A stretch of DNA of 62,092 nucleotides, filler included. It is 7 parts of 7 records of this genome, joined end to end, with 100 filler letters (N's around TTAATTAATTAA, not from the genome) between each part and the next. Parts side by side here need not be neighbours in the genome. Positions count along the whole stretch, not along the records: positions 1 to 13,721 come from SRR31156797_31819; positions 13,822 to 24,646 come from SRR31156797_31839; 5 more parts are not named here. One strand, written 5' to 3'. Below are positions 9,485 through 21,771 of this stretch, piece by piece. The notes below the pieces were generated by a model. It was not told where the DNA came from and ran no database searches. It was given only the letters and a program-made list of their open reading frames with translations. How positions within the stretch are numbered: position 1 is the stretch's first letter; each line of letters starts with the position of its first letter. A program made the position numbers and the translations under genes.

Positions 9485-11035
9485 CTATTCCCACTCAATC
9501 GTTCCCGGCGGCTTGGAGGTCACGTCGTAGACGACGCGGTTGATGCCGCGCACCTCGTTGATGATGCGGTTCGCGGTGCGGCCCAGGAAGTCGTGCTCGA
9601 ACGGGTAATAATCCGCCGTCATGCCGTCGGTCGAGGTGACGGCGCGAAGCGCGCAGGCGAAATCGTAGGTTCTGGCGTCGCCCATGACGCCGACGGTCTG
9701 CACCGGCAGCAGCACCGCGAAGGCCTGCCAGATCTCATCGTAAAGGCCGGCTTTTCTGATTTCGTCAATATAGATGGCGTCGGCACGGCGCAGCAGATCG
9801 GCCTTTTCGCGGCTGACCTCGCCGGGGATGCGCACACCCAGGCCGGGACCGGGGAAGGGGTGGCGGCCGACCAGGCTGTCGGGCAGGCCCAGTTCGCGGC
9901 CGAGCACCCGGACCTCGTCCTTGAACAGTTCGCGCAGCGGTTCGACCAGTTCCATGTTCATGCGTTCGGGCAGGCCGCCGACATTGTGGTGCGACTTGAT
10001 GGTGACGCTGGGTCCACCGGTAAACGATACGCTTTCGATGACGTCCGGATAGAGTGTCCCCTGGGCCAGGAAGTCGGCGCCGCCGGCCTTCCGGGCTTCC
10101 TCGTCGAAGACGTCGATGAAGGTGGCGCCGATGATCTTGCGCTTTTTCTCGGGATCGTCGACGCCGGCCAGCTTGCTCAGGAAATCTTCCGAAGCGTCTC
10201 GCGCGATCAGCGGAATGTTGTAGTGCCCGTGGAAAAGCTCGACCACCTCGTCGGCCTCGTTCAGGCGCAACAACCCGGTATCGACGAACACACAGACCAA
10301 CTGCTCGCCGATGGCCTCGTGCAGCAGCACGGCGGCGACCGACGAATCGACCCCGCCGGACAGCCCGCAGATGACACGGCCCTTGCCGACCTGGGCCCGG
10401 ATCTTGTCGATCGCGGCGTCTCTGAAAGCGGCCATCGACCAGTCGCCCGAACAGCCGGCGACGCGGTGCGTGAAATTGGAAAGCAGTTTGGCGCCGTCCG
10501 GCGTGTGCATCACTTCAGGATGGAACTGCACCGCATAAAACCGCCGTTTGTCGTCGGCGATGGCGGCGAAAGGCGCGTCCGGTGTCGTTGCAACCGGGCG
10601 GAAACCGGCCGGAATCGCATCGACACGGTCGCCGTGGCTCATCCAAACCTGGTGATTGCCGCCTTTTTGCCAGACCCCGTCGAATAGGGTGCAATCATCG
10701 ACGATGTCGACATGGGCCCGGCCGAATTCGCGCTGATCCGACAGGGTGACGCGGCCGCCCATCTGTTCGACCATGGTCTGTTCGCCGTAACAGATGCCGA
10801 GGATCGGCAACTCCATGTCAAAAAGGCCGTCCGGCGCCCGGGGCGTGTCCATCTCGGTGACCGACGCCGGGCCGCCGGACAAAATCACACCTTTCGGCGC
10901 GAAGTCCTCGATGAAGGCCTCGTCGACTTTCTGGAAGGGGTGGATTTCGCAATAGACGCCGCTTTCGCGGACGCGGCGCGCGATCAACTGGGTGACCTGC
11001 GAACCGAAATCGACGATCAGGATGTTCTGTGACAT
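9485..11035 (-). CDS. guaA: GMP synthase (glutamine-hydrolysing)
   Basis: [31 protein letters not shown] and KPPGTIEWE motifs. Confidence 0.99.
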   Translation of the reverse strand: MSQNILIVDFGSQVTQLIARRVRESGVYCEIHPFQKVDEAFIEDFAPKGVILSGGPASVTEMDTPRAPDGLFDMELPILGICYGEQTMVEQMGGRVTLSDQREFGRAHVDIVDDCTLFDGVWQKGGNHQVWMSHGDRVDAIPAGFRPVATTPDAPFAAIADDKRRFYAVQFHPEVMHTPDGAKLLSNFTHRVAGCSGDWSMAAFRDAAIDKIRAQVGKGRVICGLSGGVDSSVAAVLLHEAIGEQLVCVFVDTGLLRLNEADEVVELFHGHYNIPLIARDASEDFLSKLAGVDDPEKKRKIIGATFIDVFDEEARKAGGADFLAQGTLYPDVIESVSFTGGPSVTIKSHHNVGGLPERMNMELVEPLRELFKDEVRVLGRELGLPDSLVGRHPFPGPGLGVRIPGEVSREKADLLRRADAIYIDEIRKAGLYDEIWQAFAVLLPVQTVGVMGDARTYDFACALRAVTSTDGMTADYYPFEHDFLGRTANRIINEVRGINRVVYDVTSKPPGTIEWE

Positions 11036-11266
11036 GGCGGTGATTGAAATTCCCGGAGCCGGTTGGAATTCCGCCGCAACATAACCGATTGCCCGGACCG
11101 TCGCCAGCGCAATTCGCGCCGCCGTCGGACACGCGGAGATGATGGCTCCTCGACGTCCCGGTTCGGGTTTTCAAATGGGGCCCGCATCGATCGCCGGGCA
11201 TAAGACCCCTCTGACGCTCCCGGACAGGCCTGCCGGGCGGAAAACCGGGAGTACGAGCGGAGCCGG

Positions 11267-11653
11267 TCAGGTCGGCATCAGACATTCCGCCAGGCAGCGG
11301 TCGATGAGTTCGTTGATATCCTCGGGCATGAAGGGCTTGGTCATCCCCGCCCGGGCGCCGGCCTCGAGGGCACTGTCCAACAGGTCGATTCCGCGCACCC
11401 TGGCTCCGCCGGAAATGGCCAATACGGGGACTTCGGGAAAATGCTCCTGCATCCAGACAATCACGTCGATGCCGGCGAAGACGGGCATCACCAGGTCGAC
11501 GATGACAAGATCGAATTCCTCGGCCATCTGCTTCTCGATGCCGTCCTTGCCGTTGACCGCCTCTTCGACGGTGTGTCCGTACATTTCCAGCATCAGGCGC
11601 AGCGAATATCGGACCAGTTCTTCATCATCGATGACTAGGATTCGGCACATCAC
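11267..11653 (-). CDS. Single-domain response regulator
   Basis: ILVIDD, DLVMP, ISG and KPF receiver motifs. Confidence 0.92.
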   Translation of the reverse strand: MMCRILVIDDEELVRYSLRLMLEMYGHTVEEAVNGKDGIEKQMAEEFDLVIVDLVMPVFAGIDVIVWMQEHFPEVPVLAISGGARVRGIDLLDSALEAGARAGMTKPFMPEDINELIDRCLAECLMPT

Positions 11654-12019
11654 GCTTTCCCAACCGAAGAATCAATGGATAAACCCTTCGAAATCGAAAC
11701 ACCGGCATTGCCGTCGCGAAAACGAAGCGTATGAAACATGCCGAAAAAGTATCCGGAATCGCCGCTGGCGGTGGAATTGTGATCTTCGGTAAGAAACCTG
11801 TGGCAAATACGTAACATGAAAGGATGGGAGGCGTATCGACCGGCAGTTTTGTGCATGAATGCGGTTTTGCCAAGCTCAGCCCGATTAGGCTACTATTGCT
11901 GGCGAATGTCGGATCAACCGGATATACGTGCGGTTGAGGTTGGGGGCGGGACCTGACATCGAAGCAAACGAGCAGGAGAGGCGTTCAGCGATCAATTTGA
12001 CACCGCTAACGGGTATCGA

Positions 12020-12640
12020 ATGAGCTCGAATGAGCCAATTGTCTACGTCGTCGATGACGACGAGTCGGTGCGGAACGGCATAGTCTGGTTGCTGGATTCT
12101 GTCGGTATTGCGGTGGGCGCTTTCGAATCCGGAGACGCTTTCATCGAACGGTTGAAATTGGAAGAGCGGCCGGCATGTGCCGTCGTCGATGTGCGCATGC
12201 CCGGTCGCAGCGGTCTGGATCTGCAGGAGGAACTCGCAGCCATGACCGATACCTTGCCGGTCATCATCCTGACCGCCCATGGTGATGCGTCGATGGCCAC
12301 AAAAGCGATGAAATCCGGTGCCTTCGATTTCGTTGAAAAACCTTTCAACAACCAGGAACTTCTCGATCTGATTCAACGTGCCCTCCGGTTCTCATCCGAA
12401 AGACTGGAAGCGCAGCGGGAGAAGGCAACGGCCGTCGCGCATATGAACAGACTGACGGCACGGGAACGCGAGGTCATGGACTTGGTTCTCGAAGGAAATA
12501 CCAACCAACAGATCTCAGAGCGGCTGTCGATCAGCAAGCGAACCGTCGAAGTGCACCGGGCCGGCGTTATGGAAAAGATGGAGAGCCGATCCCTGGCCCA
12601 CCTCATGAAAAAGGCGTTCCTGCTCGGCCTCATCGAGTGA
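12020..12640 (+). CDS. FixJ-type response regulator (receiver + LuxR HTH)
   Basis: VVDDD, DVRMP, LTAHGD, KPF, LTARE and RTVEVHR motifs. Confidence 0.95.
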   Translation: MSSNEPIVYVVDDDESVRNGIVWLLDSVGIAVGAFESGDAFIERLKLEERPACAVVDVRMPGRSGLDLQEELAAMTDTLPVIILTAHGDASMATKAMKSGAFDFVEKPFNNQELLDLIQRALRFSSERLEAQREKATAVAHMNRLTAREREVMDLVLEGNTNQQISERLSISKRTVEVHRAGVMEKMESRSLAHLMKKAFLLGLIE

Positions 12641-12750
12641 GGGACGGCGGTCCGAGCGGCGATGGCGTGCCATGCGTCGGATCGCCGCAACGAGTGTCAC
12701 CGTTACCGTCGACCACGTCGTTTGAACAATAGGGCGCAAAGGATGTTTCG

Positions 12751-13721
12751 ATGGTCATCGAATTGATCAAAGGTGTGGCTCTGCTGCTGGCGCTCAGCCT
12801 GCTGCAAAGCTTCGTGGCCCGGCGATGGCGTCGGGGAGAAATCCTTGGTCAAGTCGTTTGCGGCGTTCTTTTCGGCGGGATATGCGTCGTCGGCATGGCG
12901 GCGCCGGTCGAGTTGAGGCCGGGCATCATTTTCGATGCCCGTTCGGCCATTTTGGCCATGTCCGGGCTTTTCGGGGGGCCGGTTACCGGAGCGCTCGCCG
13001 CCACTATTGCCGCCGCATACCGACTATGGATCGGTGGCAGCGGCACCTTTGTCGGGCTCGTTGTGATCGTCACGTCGGTCGTGTTGGGGCTTCTCTACCG
13101 CCTCGTTCGGGAAAGGGGATGGGTGGGCATCGGTATGGTGCAACTCCTCATTTTCGGGTTCGTCCTTCACGTCGCCAGTGCTGCCTGGTTTCTGTTGTTG
13201 CCGGCGGATATCGTCGGCCGGATCATGTCGACCGTCGTGCCGCCGTTTGTCGCGACATTCACGCTCGGAACCGCCATTCTCGGCCTGCTGCTTCTCGATA
13301 TCGAACGCCGCATCGCCATCGAAGGGGCGCTGGCCGACAGCGAAACGCGTTTCCGTCAGCTCTACAACCACTCGCCGGTGATGATGCATTCCATCGACGG
13401 TTCGGGTGTATTGGTCGACGTCAACGAACATTGGTTGAAGACCCTCGGCTACGAGCGATCCGAGGTCATCGGCAGGAAGTCGGCCGACTTCCTGACCGCC
13501 GAATCGCGGAAATACGCCATCGAACAAGTCCTTCCCGATTTCTTCGAGACCGGCGTCTGCAAGGACATTTCCTATCAGTTCGTCCGCAAGTCCGGAGAAA
13601 CCGTCGATGTTCTGTTGACCGCGACATCGGCTTTCGAAGCCGATGGCAGGATCGAAAGAAGCCTGGCCGTCCTGGTCGACGTCACGGAACGCAACCGCAT
13701 CGAGGAATTGCTCAGGCAGAA
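12751..13721 (+). CDS. 5TM-LytS membrane sensor with PAS domain, probable histidine kinase, truncated
   Basis: GIIFDARS...LFGG LytS motif followed by PAS/PAC (DVTER); runs into the spacer. Confidence 0.85.
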
Positions 13722-13821
13722 NNNNNNNNNNNNNNNNNNNNNNNNNNNNNNNNNNNNNNNNNNNNTTAATTAATTAANNNNNNNNNNNNNNNNNNNNNNN
13801 NNNNNNNNNNNNNNNNNNNNN
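13722..13821. other. Artificial contig spacer
   Basis: N-run with central TTAATTAATTAA; composition changes across it. Confidence 0.98.
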
Positions 13822-16228
13822 TTTTTTCTTCACGCTTATGGTAGCAGCGGGCAACTCCGGGACCACTTATACACAGCTCTCCTGCGTAGCCAGGCGGTTG
13901 GGGGTGACCGTGTACATCAAGGATATAAACGTGAAAATGAGGCAGCGGCCTGCCGATGGGTATATTCTCTTCATGTTTGGTGACGGTGAACTGGGTGGCA
14001 TAAATAGAGCATTCGGTGGGACCATAGATATTTATGAGCTGGTAATCCCTCGGCTTGAACACCCGCATTTTCTCCCCGCCTATGGCCAGCACACGCAGGG
14101 ACTTATTATCTATGAAATCCATGAACTGTTCGCCTAGCTGGGTTGTCAAAAACGCCCAGGTTATCCCATTGGTTTCATAATACTCGTTGAGATGACTGAG
14201 GGAGAGACGGATTTCCTCGGGAATAATATGCAGCGCCGCACCACTCATGAGTGCACTAAAAACTTCCAGCAAACTGGCATCAAAGGAGAAACTGGCATGC
14301 TTGGAAATATTATCACTTGGAGTGATTTCATGCCCGTGAATGGTTGCATTGATGGTATTGCATATGGCTCGGTGCTCCAGCATTACTCCTTTTGGATTAC
14401 CTGTTGAGCCGGAGGTATAGATAACCACGCTCAGATCGTGGGAAGAAGTAACATTTGCAACAGGGCTGTCATCATTATCAAAAATTGCAGAATCATCTAG
14501 GTTGAGGATGGTGGCATCACCAAAATCTTTTTCCTGTATGAAACGACTTTGAGTAAGGATGATCGGTGCGCCGATATCCTCTAACATAAATTGGATACGA
14601 GAATCCGGATAACCCGCATCAATGGGCATGAAGGCGCTGCCACTTTTCAGTATGGCAAGTTGCGCGATGATAATGTCAATGGATCTGTCTGCAAGCAGCC
14701 CTACTACTTTGCCAGGTTCAGCCCCTTGAGCTTGCAGGGTTCTGGCCACAGCGTTTGCTTTCGCGTCCAACTGCGCGTAAGTAAGCGACATACCCCGGTA
14801 TATAACGGCTATATGACCTGGATAATGACGGGAAATTTTCGCAATAGATTGATGCAGGGTCGCCTCCACCTCCCAATCACCAGTTGTTTGGTTAAAAACA
14901 TGCAGGAGCTTATTCCGTTCCGTCACAGACAGAAAGTCAATATCCTTAACCGGGAATTCGGGGTTGGCAAGACCTGCAAATATGGCCTCTTCAATGTGCT
15001 CAGCGAGCCCAACAATACGCCACGATTCATACATCTCACTATTGTAGACAAACCTCAGGTCCACATGCTTATCGCCGGGATTATCTCGGTGCGGATATGT
15101 AAGAAACCCGGCAAGGGGAATCAGGGACTCACCGTGGCAGTGAATAACAGCCTCTGCATACTCAGCATAGGGTGTGCGAACCATTTCCACCAAAGTGCAC
15201 GAAACAAGGTCCGGAGCTTCGCCGATTCGGTTTCGGATATCCGCAGTCAGGCTGTCGTAAGGATAACGACCATGGATAAGAGTGTTACGTACACTTTGAC
15301 TGGCATGTTGTATTAATGCAGCAAAGGTTGCGTCTTCCTCCACATTGAGCCGCATGGCACAGGTATTAACGAACATCCCTGCAGCTTCACTCAATTCCAT
15401 CGGGTATCTATTTGCCGTGGCAGTACCCAATACCAAATCACTGCGCCGCAAGGTTCGACACAAAACAAGGCTCATTGCAGCCAGGACGACACGAAATGGA
15501 GATACTTTGTGTTCATGACAATAGGTAAGCAGTGCTTTAGATGTCTTGGCGCTGAATCGATGATCATGCGCCTGCTGTGTCAAGGATGCAGTGGCAGCCT
15601 TACCTGCAAGGTCCATATTGTCGGGAATCGTTTCAAACAACGTATTCCAGTACGTTTTATCTTTTTCGCATTGATCGGATCTGAAATACTCCTCTTCTGA
15701 TTGATATGCAGCAGTGAGTGGAGGGGGCTCCTTGAACTGCACAGGTTCCCCTTTCTCCAGCTCCTCATAAGTTTGAATAACCCGGCGGAAAACCAAATCA
15801 CTGGCACCACCGTCTACAGCGATGTGATGATAAATGGAGAACAGGTAGCCGATTTGATCGCCAACATCAGCAATTCCCAGGCGATATGGTGGAGCATTCA
15901 ACATGGGGATTGGTGACTCCGCCTGTGCTTGAGCCCACTCTAAAAAAGCAGGTTCTCCTCCCGCGGAAAAATCAAGCTCTTCAATAACAGGCTCAAAATC
16001 TTCCACAATACACTTACAGGCCTCACCATCTCTTTCACTAAACACAACATGTAGACCAACCGTGTTTGTGATGACATAGTGCAGTGCTTTGCGTAACCGT
16101 TCCAGGTCGACCAAGGTAATTCTCAAAGAAATTGGCACATTCCACATGCAGGACTGAGGATAGAGTTTCTGCGTCAGATATATCCGCGTTTCGGCATGGG
16201 TGAGAGGGACGTATTCGTTGCCAGCCAT
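13822..16228 (-). CDS. Non-ribosomal peptide synthetase, condensation + adenylation domains, truncated
   Basis: HHIAVDG C-domain motif; YTSGSTGNPKG, FDAS, YGPTE and GELCISG A-domain cores. Confidence 0.95.
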
Positions 16229-16664
16229 TGAGAATTCTCCTGATTAAAAGCATATGTGAAGTGGAAAAAAACATACAGGATTTGATTGTGCTACGACACG
16301 GCACGTGTGCTGTCAGCCATCCTGGTATTTGAAGAGGTGCAGAGATAAATGGTACGGTATTGCCAAAGAGAGAGGGGATATTAACACGAGCCAACACTTC
16401 TAAGACCACCTTGAAAAATTGCTTTTTCTACCAAATTTGTCTTTCTCTCACGCCTCTTGACCGTACTGCTCTGAACCAGCACTTGTTGCATTGTATGGAA
16501 TTGATTTTCAAAATACAAGGTAACAGCTCACACGCACCCAACGGAGTCTCTGCTTACCCAAATCGGGGGCACGTATGAACAGTTACAGGTTTGAGTCATG
16601 ACAAAATCGTCATTACTTTCACCGTTGTTGGGCAAATACTGTAGATTACTTTTGAGCCCCTCAA

Positions 16665-17090
16665 CTACAGATCGATTCCAAGCAGACCCATTAACTCCAT
16701 CATTCTCGAATCACCGGCTAAGTTCTCCTTTACATCGTTATGAATTTGCTCGTATATTTCAGGATTCGCGTTTAGATCTCGATTACAATATCTTCCCGGA
16801 TTAATGCCATGTTTCTCGCACGCCTCATTGAAGTATGAGTTCAGTTGACTTTGATATTCGTCGATTTCCTGACTGTGTTCGCGTCGAAAACTATTTTTAG
16901 CTAAGTATTCACTGCGCATTAAATCAGGTTCATTTTTCCAACGTTCCATGTCTGACTCAGCGGTGAGATCCATTGCGTCTGGATGATACTCTCCATACCA
17001 TTTAGGCATAGCCAATGACTCCAAAGATGGAAGTTCGGTATCATTCGTTGAGATTTTCGACACCTGCCTCCCTTGGCTAGAAATATCCAC
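16665..17090 (-). CDS. Hypothetical protein
   Basis: 141-aa ORF with GAGGA upstream; no family recognised. Confidence 0.65.
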   Translation of the reverse strand: MDISSQGRQVSKISTNDTELPSLESLAMPKWYGEYHPDAMDLTAESDMERWKNEPDLMRSEYLAKNSFRREHSQEIDEYQSQLNSYFNEACEKHGINPGRYCNRDLNANPEIYEQIHNDVKENLAGDSRMMELMGLLGIDL

Positions 17091-17662
17091 ACTATCTCTT
17101 CCTCAGGTTGTTCTTTGAGTCGTGGAGTGAGAGATTTGTTGTGTTACACGCTGAATAGATTTCTGAGTAGCGACCACGTAGCCCGCCTGTACGCCTGCTA
17201 TTGCCATTTAATCCTCCGATTGTCTGTCAAGGCTGTTTCATTTTTCAAATCCTCCACGTTTTACCTCGACGGTTCACCCTCAAAAAATCAGCTGTAAGTA
17301 ACATTGAATCTCGATCCGATCAATTCTGATAGGTATTGATGGATTCACTCGATTCTCCACATGGTCCCAGGTGGAGAAAACAGGAGAGTGACATGGCAAT
17401 AGCAGGTATAGGTAGTCGATACAGAGTAAATAAGGTATTGGTCAGCATCGTGGGTAAATATACGCTAAGGTAAGCAAAGAAGAAAAACATTCAAAGTTTG
17501 CGTCCTCTGCTTTCACAATAAAGTATTTTCTAAAATTACCGGCTGATTGGAACCATAAAATACTGTTATTGATAGAAGATATTAATCTATCAGGTTAGGT
17601 GTAACCCAGACTTCTTTTTATGAGAACGTTCAAGAGATGAACCCTTAACAGGAATTTTTTAT

Positions 17663-18469
17663 ATGAACGATAATAGCATATTAATCACCAACGATGACGG
17701 TATCGACTCTCCGGGCATTAAGGCCGCTGTTGAATCCGTACTCGACCTTGGGACCATTACCGTTGTTGCTCCTACCACTCAACAAACTGGGACTGGCCGA
17801 GGTCTGACGGGAAACAAACAAAAAAGCCTAACCCCCTATAACTACGCGGTAAAAGGGGTAAAGATTCGCGCTTTCCATTGTGACTGCTCTCCTGCACTTA
17901 TAGTCCGGCATAGCCTGAGAGCATTATTCAACGGCTGCGCTCCAAAGCTTCTGGTGTCTGGTATTAATTATGGTGAGAATCTAGGCTCAAGCGTTACATG
18001 CTCGGGTACAGTAGGTGCTGCATTAGAAGCAGCTAGTTATGGCATACCGAGCATTGCCGTATCAAAGCAAACTGAAATTGAATCGCACCATATCTATACA
18101 AATCAGGATTGGTCAGCATCGATGTATTTTCTTAATTATTTTTCAAAACTTCTGTTAAGAGAGAAAACTCATAATGATGTTGATGTCCTAAAAATTGATG
18201 TGCCAGACAACGCAACAAAAACAACTAAGTGGAGAATTACAAATTTAGCTAAATCTGGCTATTACCAGAAGGACACTGATCAAATTAGTGTAGACGCTCC
18301 ATTCAATACAGGCGGAACTGTCATAAATTTTGACAGGAAAACAATAGATCGTAATTCCGACATTTATGCTCTTGCTGTAGAAAGGGTCGTCTCTGTAACT
18401 CCCCTCAGTAATGACCTTACTTCACGTGTAAGTTTGGATGAGCTCTATATTGATTTCAAAAATGAGTGA
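17663..18469 (+). CDS. surE: 5'/3'-nucleotidase SurE
   Basis: ILITNDDG, SGINYGENLG and SGTVGAA motifs. Confidence 0.95.
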   Translation: MNDNSILITNDDGIDSPGIKAAVESVLDLGTITVVAPTTQQTGTGRGLTGNKQKSLTPYNYAVKGVKIRAFHCDCSPALIVRHSLRALFNGCAPKLLVSGINYGENLGSSVTCSGTVGAALEAASYGIPSIAVSKQTEIESHHIYTNQDWSASMYFLNYFSKLLLREKTHNDVDVLKIDVPDNATKTTKWRITNLAKSGYYQKDTDQISVDAPFNTGGTVINFDRKTIDRNSDIYALAVERVVSVTPLSNDLTSRVSLDELYIDFKNE

Positions 18470-18729
18470 AAAAGCAGGATATGGTATCTGAACTAATTTC
18501 GAGGTGGCCTCGAATATTCAATTCACAGACCACTAAACTGCATCAATTTTGGCTACACCACCTTGAATTCACTTCAAATTACGGGATGAATAAATGCTGT
18601 ACGAGGAAACATTACCTACTGTAACATAATGAAATAATGTGAATTAACATCTCTGAGCTTAAAAGATAATGATTGAGGACGCAGGCATTTTCACCCCGCC
18701 CAAACTTTCCTTACAGACTCGTCACATAT

Positions 18730-19158
18730 ATGAAGAATCTAGTCCTACGAAAATACATAAAGTCTGATGCTAAAGAAGTCAGAAGTCTGATGGAACAGCT
18801 TGGATATTCATTAAAACAAAAAGATCTAACAACGCATATAAAAGCAATAAGGAAAAATGGTGGTGAGGTCATTGTGGCTGCTTATAAAGATAAAGCAGTT
18901 GGCTGTGTTTGTGTACTTATTGATGCTCGACTTGCTGAAGGTATTAATGCCGAAATAGTAAGTTTGGTTGTTTTTGAAGATGTGAGAGGTAAAGGTATAG
19001 GAAAAGATCTCATCAAAAAAGCTGAGAGGTGGGCTGCTAAGCGAGTAAAAAAAATCCGTGTCAGGGCAAACGAAATAAGAAGCGATGCACACTTATTCTA
19101 CAAAAGCTTAGGATATGATGAAGTAAAGACTCAGAAAATATTAACAAAATGGGTTTAA
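18730..19158 (+). CDS. GNAT acetyltransferase
   Basis: ATG at 18730; RGKGIGK acetyl-CoA motif; FYKSLGY. Confidence 0.9.
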   Translation: MKNLVLRKYIKSDAKEVRSLMEQLGYSLKQKDLTTHIKAIRKNGGEVIVAAYKDKAVGCVCVLIDARLAEGINAEIVSLVVFEDVRGKGIGKDLIKKAERWAAKRVKKIRVRANEIRSDAHLFYKSLGYDEVKTQKILTKWV

Positions 19159-19267
19159 CAAGGATAGATACTGATAGGGCAGCGATCCATGACCTTATCC
19201 AAGGTTGAGGAAGCTCAGCATACTAATAGCGAATTAAGCAGAGACGTATCATTGCCAGCCGCTACAC

Positions 19268-19894
19268 CTAACGCTCTGTTGTGGCTAGCTTAAGGGCTAA
19301 CCCAAGAAAGACTGTACCTGCCACCCTGTTAAGGATAACCTGAATGCGGGAAGATCGTTTCAGCCACCTGCCAAGTGTCCCCGCCAGTAGGCCAATGGTG
19401 CCGAAAATAACGATGGTGGCAATGATGAATAAACCACCCAAAAAGAGCATCTGAATAGATATCGCCCCTCTTTGAGGATCAGCAAATTGCGGCAGAAACG
19501 CTAAAAAGAAAATGGATACCTTGGGGTTAGTGATATTCATTATGATACCGCGGCGGTAGAGTTTCCAATAATTTATCTGGCCGTTATGGCTGTTCTTTAT
19601 CGCACTGGCAGGTGCACGGAAGGCCTGCCATGCCAAATATACTAGATAAGCCGCACCAATGAATTTAAGGATGGTAAAGGCCAGTGCAGATGTCTGGAAA
19701 ATGACGGCCACACCAAACGCCACCGCAGTACTGTGCACAATAAGTCCCGTACAGAGACCGAGCATAACAACCATCCCAGCAAGTCTACCATGAAGGGCAG
19801 ACTGGGTCAGGACAAAAATATTATCCGGACCGGGTGCCAAGGCAAGCAGTATGGAGGCCAAAAAAAAAGTCATTTGAGTTTCAATTGGTAGCAT
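19268..19894 (-). CDS. LysE/RhtB amino acid exporter
   Basis: PGPD, GAAYLVYL and NPKV motifs. Confidence 0.95.
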   Translation of the reverse strand: MLPIETQMTFFLASILLALAPGPDNIFVLTQSALHGRLAGMVVMLGLCTGLIVHSTAVAFGVAVIFQTSALAFTILKFIGAAYLVYLAWQAFRAPASAIKNSHNGQINYWKLYRRGIIMNITNPKVSIFFLAFLPQFADPQRGAISIQMLFLGGLFIIATIVIFGTIGLLAGTLGRWLKRSSRIQVILNRVAGTVFLGLALKLATTER

Positions 19895-20226
19895 TATTTT
19901 TCTCTCTTTATACAGATATCCTCTGGACTAATAAAAACACCACTGCCAATGGCTTGTTCACCTTCACTGAAAGTTGGATGTAAGCGGCAACCCTATTATG
20001 CGCCCCCAACCCAGAAGAGGTGTTTATAACACTTTTCCAATAATTCGTTTATATGAACCTGTGGCACGAAAAACCTTTATGAAAATAATGACATTTTTTA
20101 CAGATAATGTGAATGCTGTTCGCAGAACAAATTCTATAATAAATGGATACACCACAGTACAATAAAAAAATAACACAAATAATGCTTCGTTCAAATAATC
20201 GAAGCGCCCCTGGAGGATGCTGGATA

Positions 20227-20433
20227 ATGAACAACCCCATAACAGATATATATCAAGGCTGGGTAATTTCAATAACGGCAGAGAAAAACATGTGCGCCAA
20301 ATTTAGCTTTGATATCACCAGCCCTTCGGGGTACACTCAGCATGTTGCCATGGGTGGTGAAAACGAACAACGGGCAGTAGAAAGGGCACGGGAAATGATA
20401 GATATGGAGATTGCCCTGCTCGATGGGGAATAG
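20227..20433 (+). CDS. Small hypothetical protein (68 aa)
   Basis: GGAGG upstream of ATG at 20227; plausible globular composition. Confidence 0.6.
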   Translation: MNNPITDIYQGWVISITAEKNMCAKFSFDITSPSGYTQHVAMGGENEQRAVERAREMIDMEIALLDGE

Positions 20434-20537
20434 TGCCGCTTGGCAAAGAGACAAATGAAATGTTTTTACTTTACCCTTTTGTTCTACAATTGAAAAAGAC
20501 CCTTTAATTGCAAGACACCCACACATGGAACTACACA

Positions 20538-21650
20538 ATGGATTCACCACCTACGTTTAATCATCCCCTTAGTACGCTCCCCGAGCACCTTACCCGGATG
20601 GGGTGGACCAGACACTTCCAAGCTGCACTAGAAAAACTCCCCTTTCCCTACACACCAGTTAGAGTTATTGGAGGCTGTAAAAACAGCTTTTTGGTGAACC
20701 AGGGGACAGCGCCTTTCACTGCAACCATAGTCGGAACCCTGGAACACACGCCGGAAGGGACCTACCCTGTAGTGGGTGATTGGGTGGCGGTTAAAGACGA
20801 GGTCATTATCTCCGTCCTGGAAAGAAAAAACGTACTGGCAAGAGGTGCTGCCGGAAGCAAACAAAAACAGAAAACAGGGCAAGTAAAAGAACAAATAATG
20901 GCGGCAAATATTGATACCGTCTTTATTGTCTGCGGGCTTGATCGTGATTTTAATTTGCGGCGACTTGAACGCTACCTGACCCTGGTTTACAACTGCGGCC
21001 TCACGCCTGCAATAGTGCTCACCAAAGCCGACCTTGAGCAGCATCCCCACGAGCGGGCAGATGAGGTCGAAGCCATAGCCTTTGGCGTACCCGTGCACTT
21101 GATATCAGCCCATGAAGCCAGTGGCCTGGCTGCCCTTGATAGATACCTTGCTCCAGGACAGACAGCTACCCTGATCGGTTCCTCTGGTGCGGGGAAATCA
21201 ACCCTGATAAACAGACTATACGGCTCAAATTTACAGGCTACGGGAGCTGTCAGCAAAAGGGTTGGAAAAGGCAGGCATACCACCACCACTCGAGATTTAA
21301 TTACGCTCCCTTCAGGCGGCATGCTGATTGACAACCCTGGAATGCGGGAAATTACCTTCAGCGACGATCATGGCGCTCTTGATACCACCTTCCCGGAAAT
21401 CGAACTCCTCACTCGATCATGCCGGTTTGCAGATTGCAGTCATACCCATGAGCCTGGCTGCCAGGTTTTAGATGGTGTTGCCTCTGGCCAAGTCTCCAGA
21501 GAGCGGCTGGACAGTTACCTTAAGATGCAGCGTGAGCTCTCCTTTTTTGCAAACAAAGACCAGAAGTCAGCCTCCCAAATAGAGAGAGAAACCTGGAAAG
21601 GAGTATCCCTGAAAATAAAAGCGATAAAAAAAGGAAAGAAGAAGGGATAA
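20538..21650 (+). CDS. rsgA: Ribosome small subunit-dependent GTPase A
   Basis: VGDWV, TKAD, GSSGAGKS, GRHTT, DNPG and CRFADCSHTHEPGC motifs. Exact start uncertain. Confidence 0.95.
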   Translation: MDSPPTFNHPLSTLPEHLTRMGWTRHFQAALEKLPFPYTPVRVIGGCKNSFLVNQGTAPFTATIVGTLEHTPEGTYPVVGDWVAVKDEVIISVLERKNVLARGAAGSKQKQKTGQVKEQIMAANIDTVFIVCGLDRDFNLRRLERYLTLVYNCGLTPAIVLTKADLEQHPHERADEVEAIAFGVPVHLISAHEASGLAALDRYLAPGQTATLIGSSGAGKSTLINRLYGSNLQATGAVSKRVGKGRHTTTTRDLITLPSGGMLIDNPGMREITFSDDHGALDTTFPEIELLTRSCRFADCSHTHEPGCQVLDGVASGQVSRERLDSYLKMQRELSFFANKDQKSASQIERETWKGVSLKIKAIKKGKKKG

Positions 21651-21771
21651 CATTACAATCCCTTGTACTGAGGCATACCCCTCCAAGTGGACACCGGCCA
21701 ACGGCAGAAGAAACGTTGTAACTATTACGTAAATGACAGATAGCCTCGTCTTCCCCTCGACCTGTAACTAT

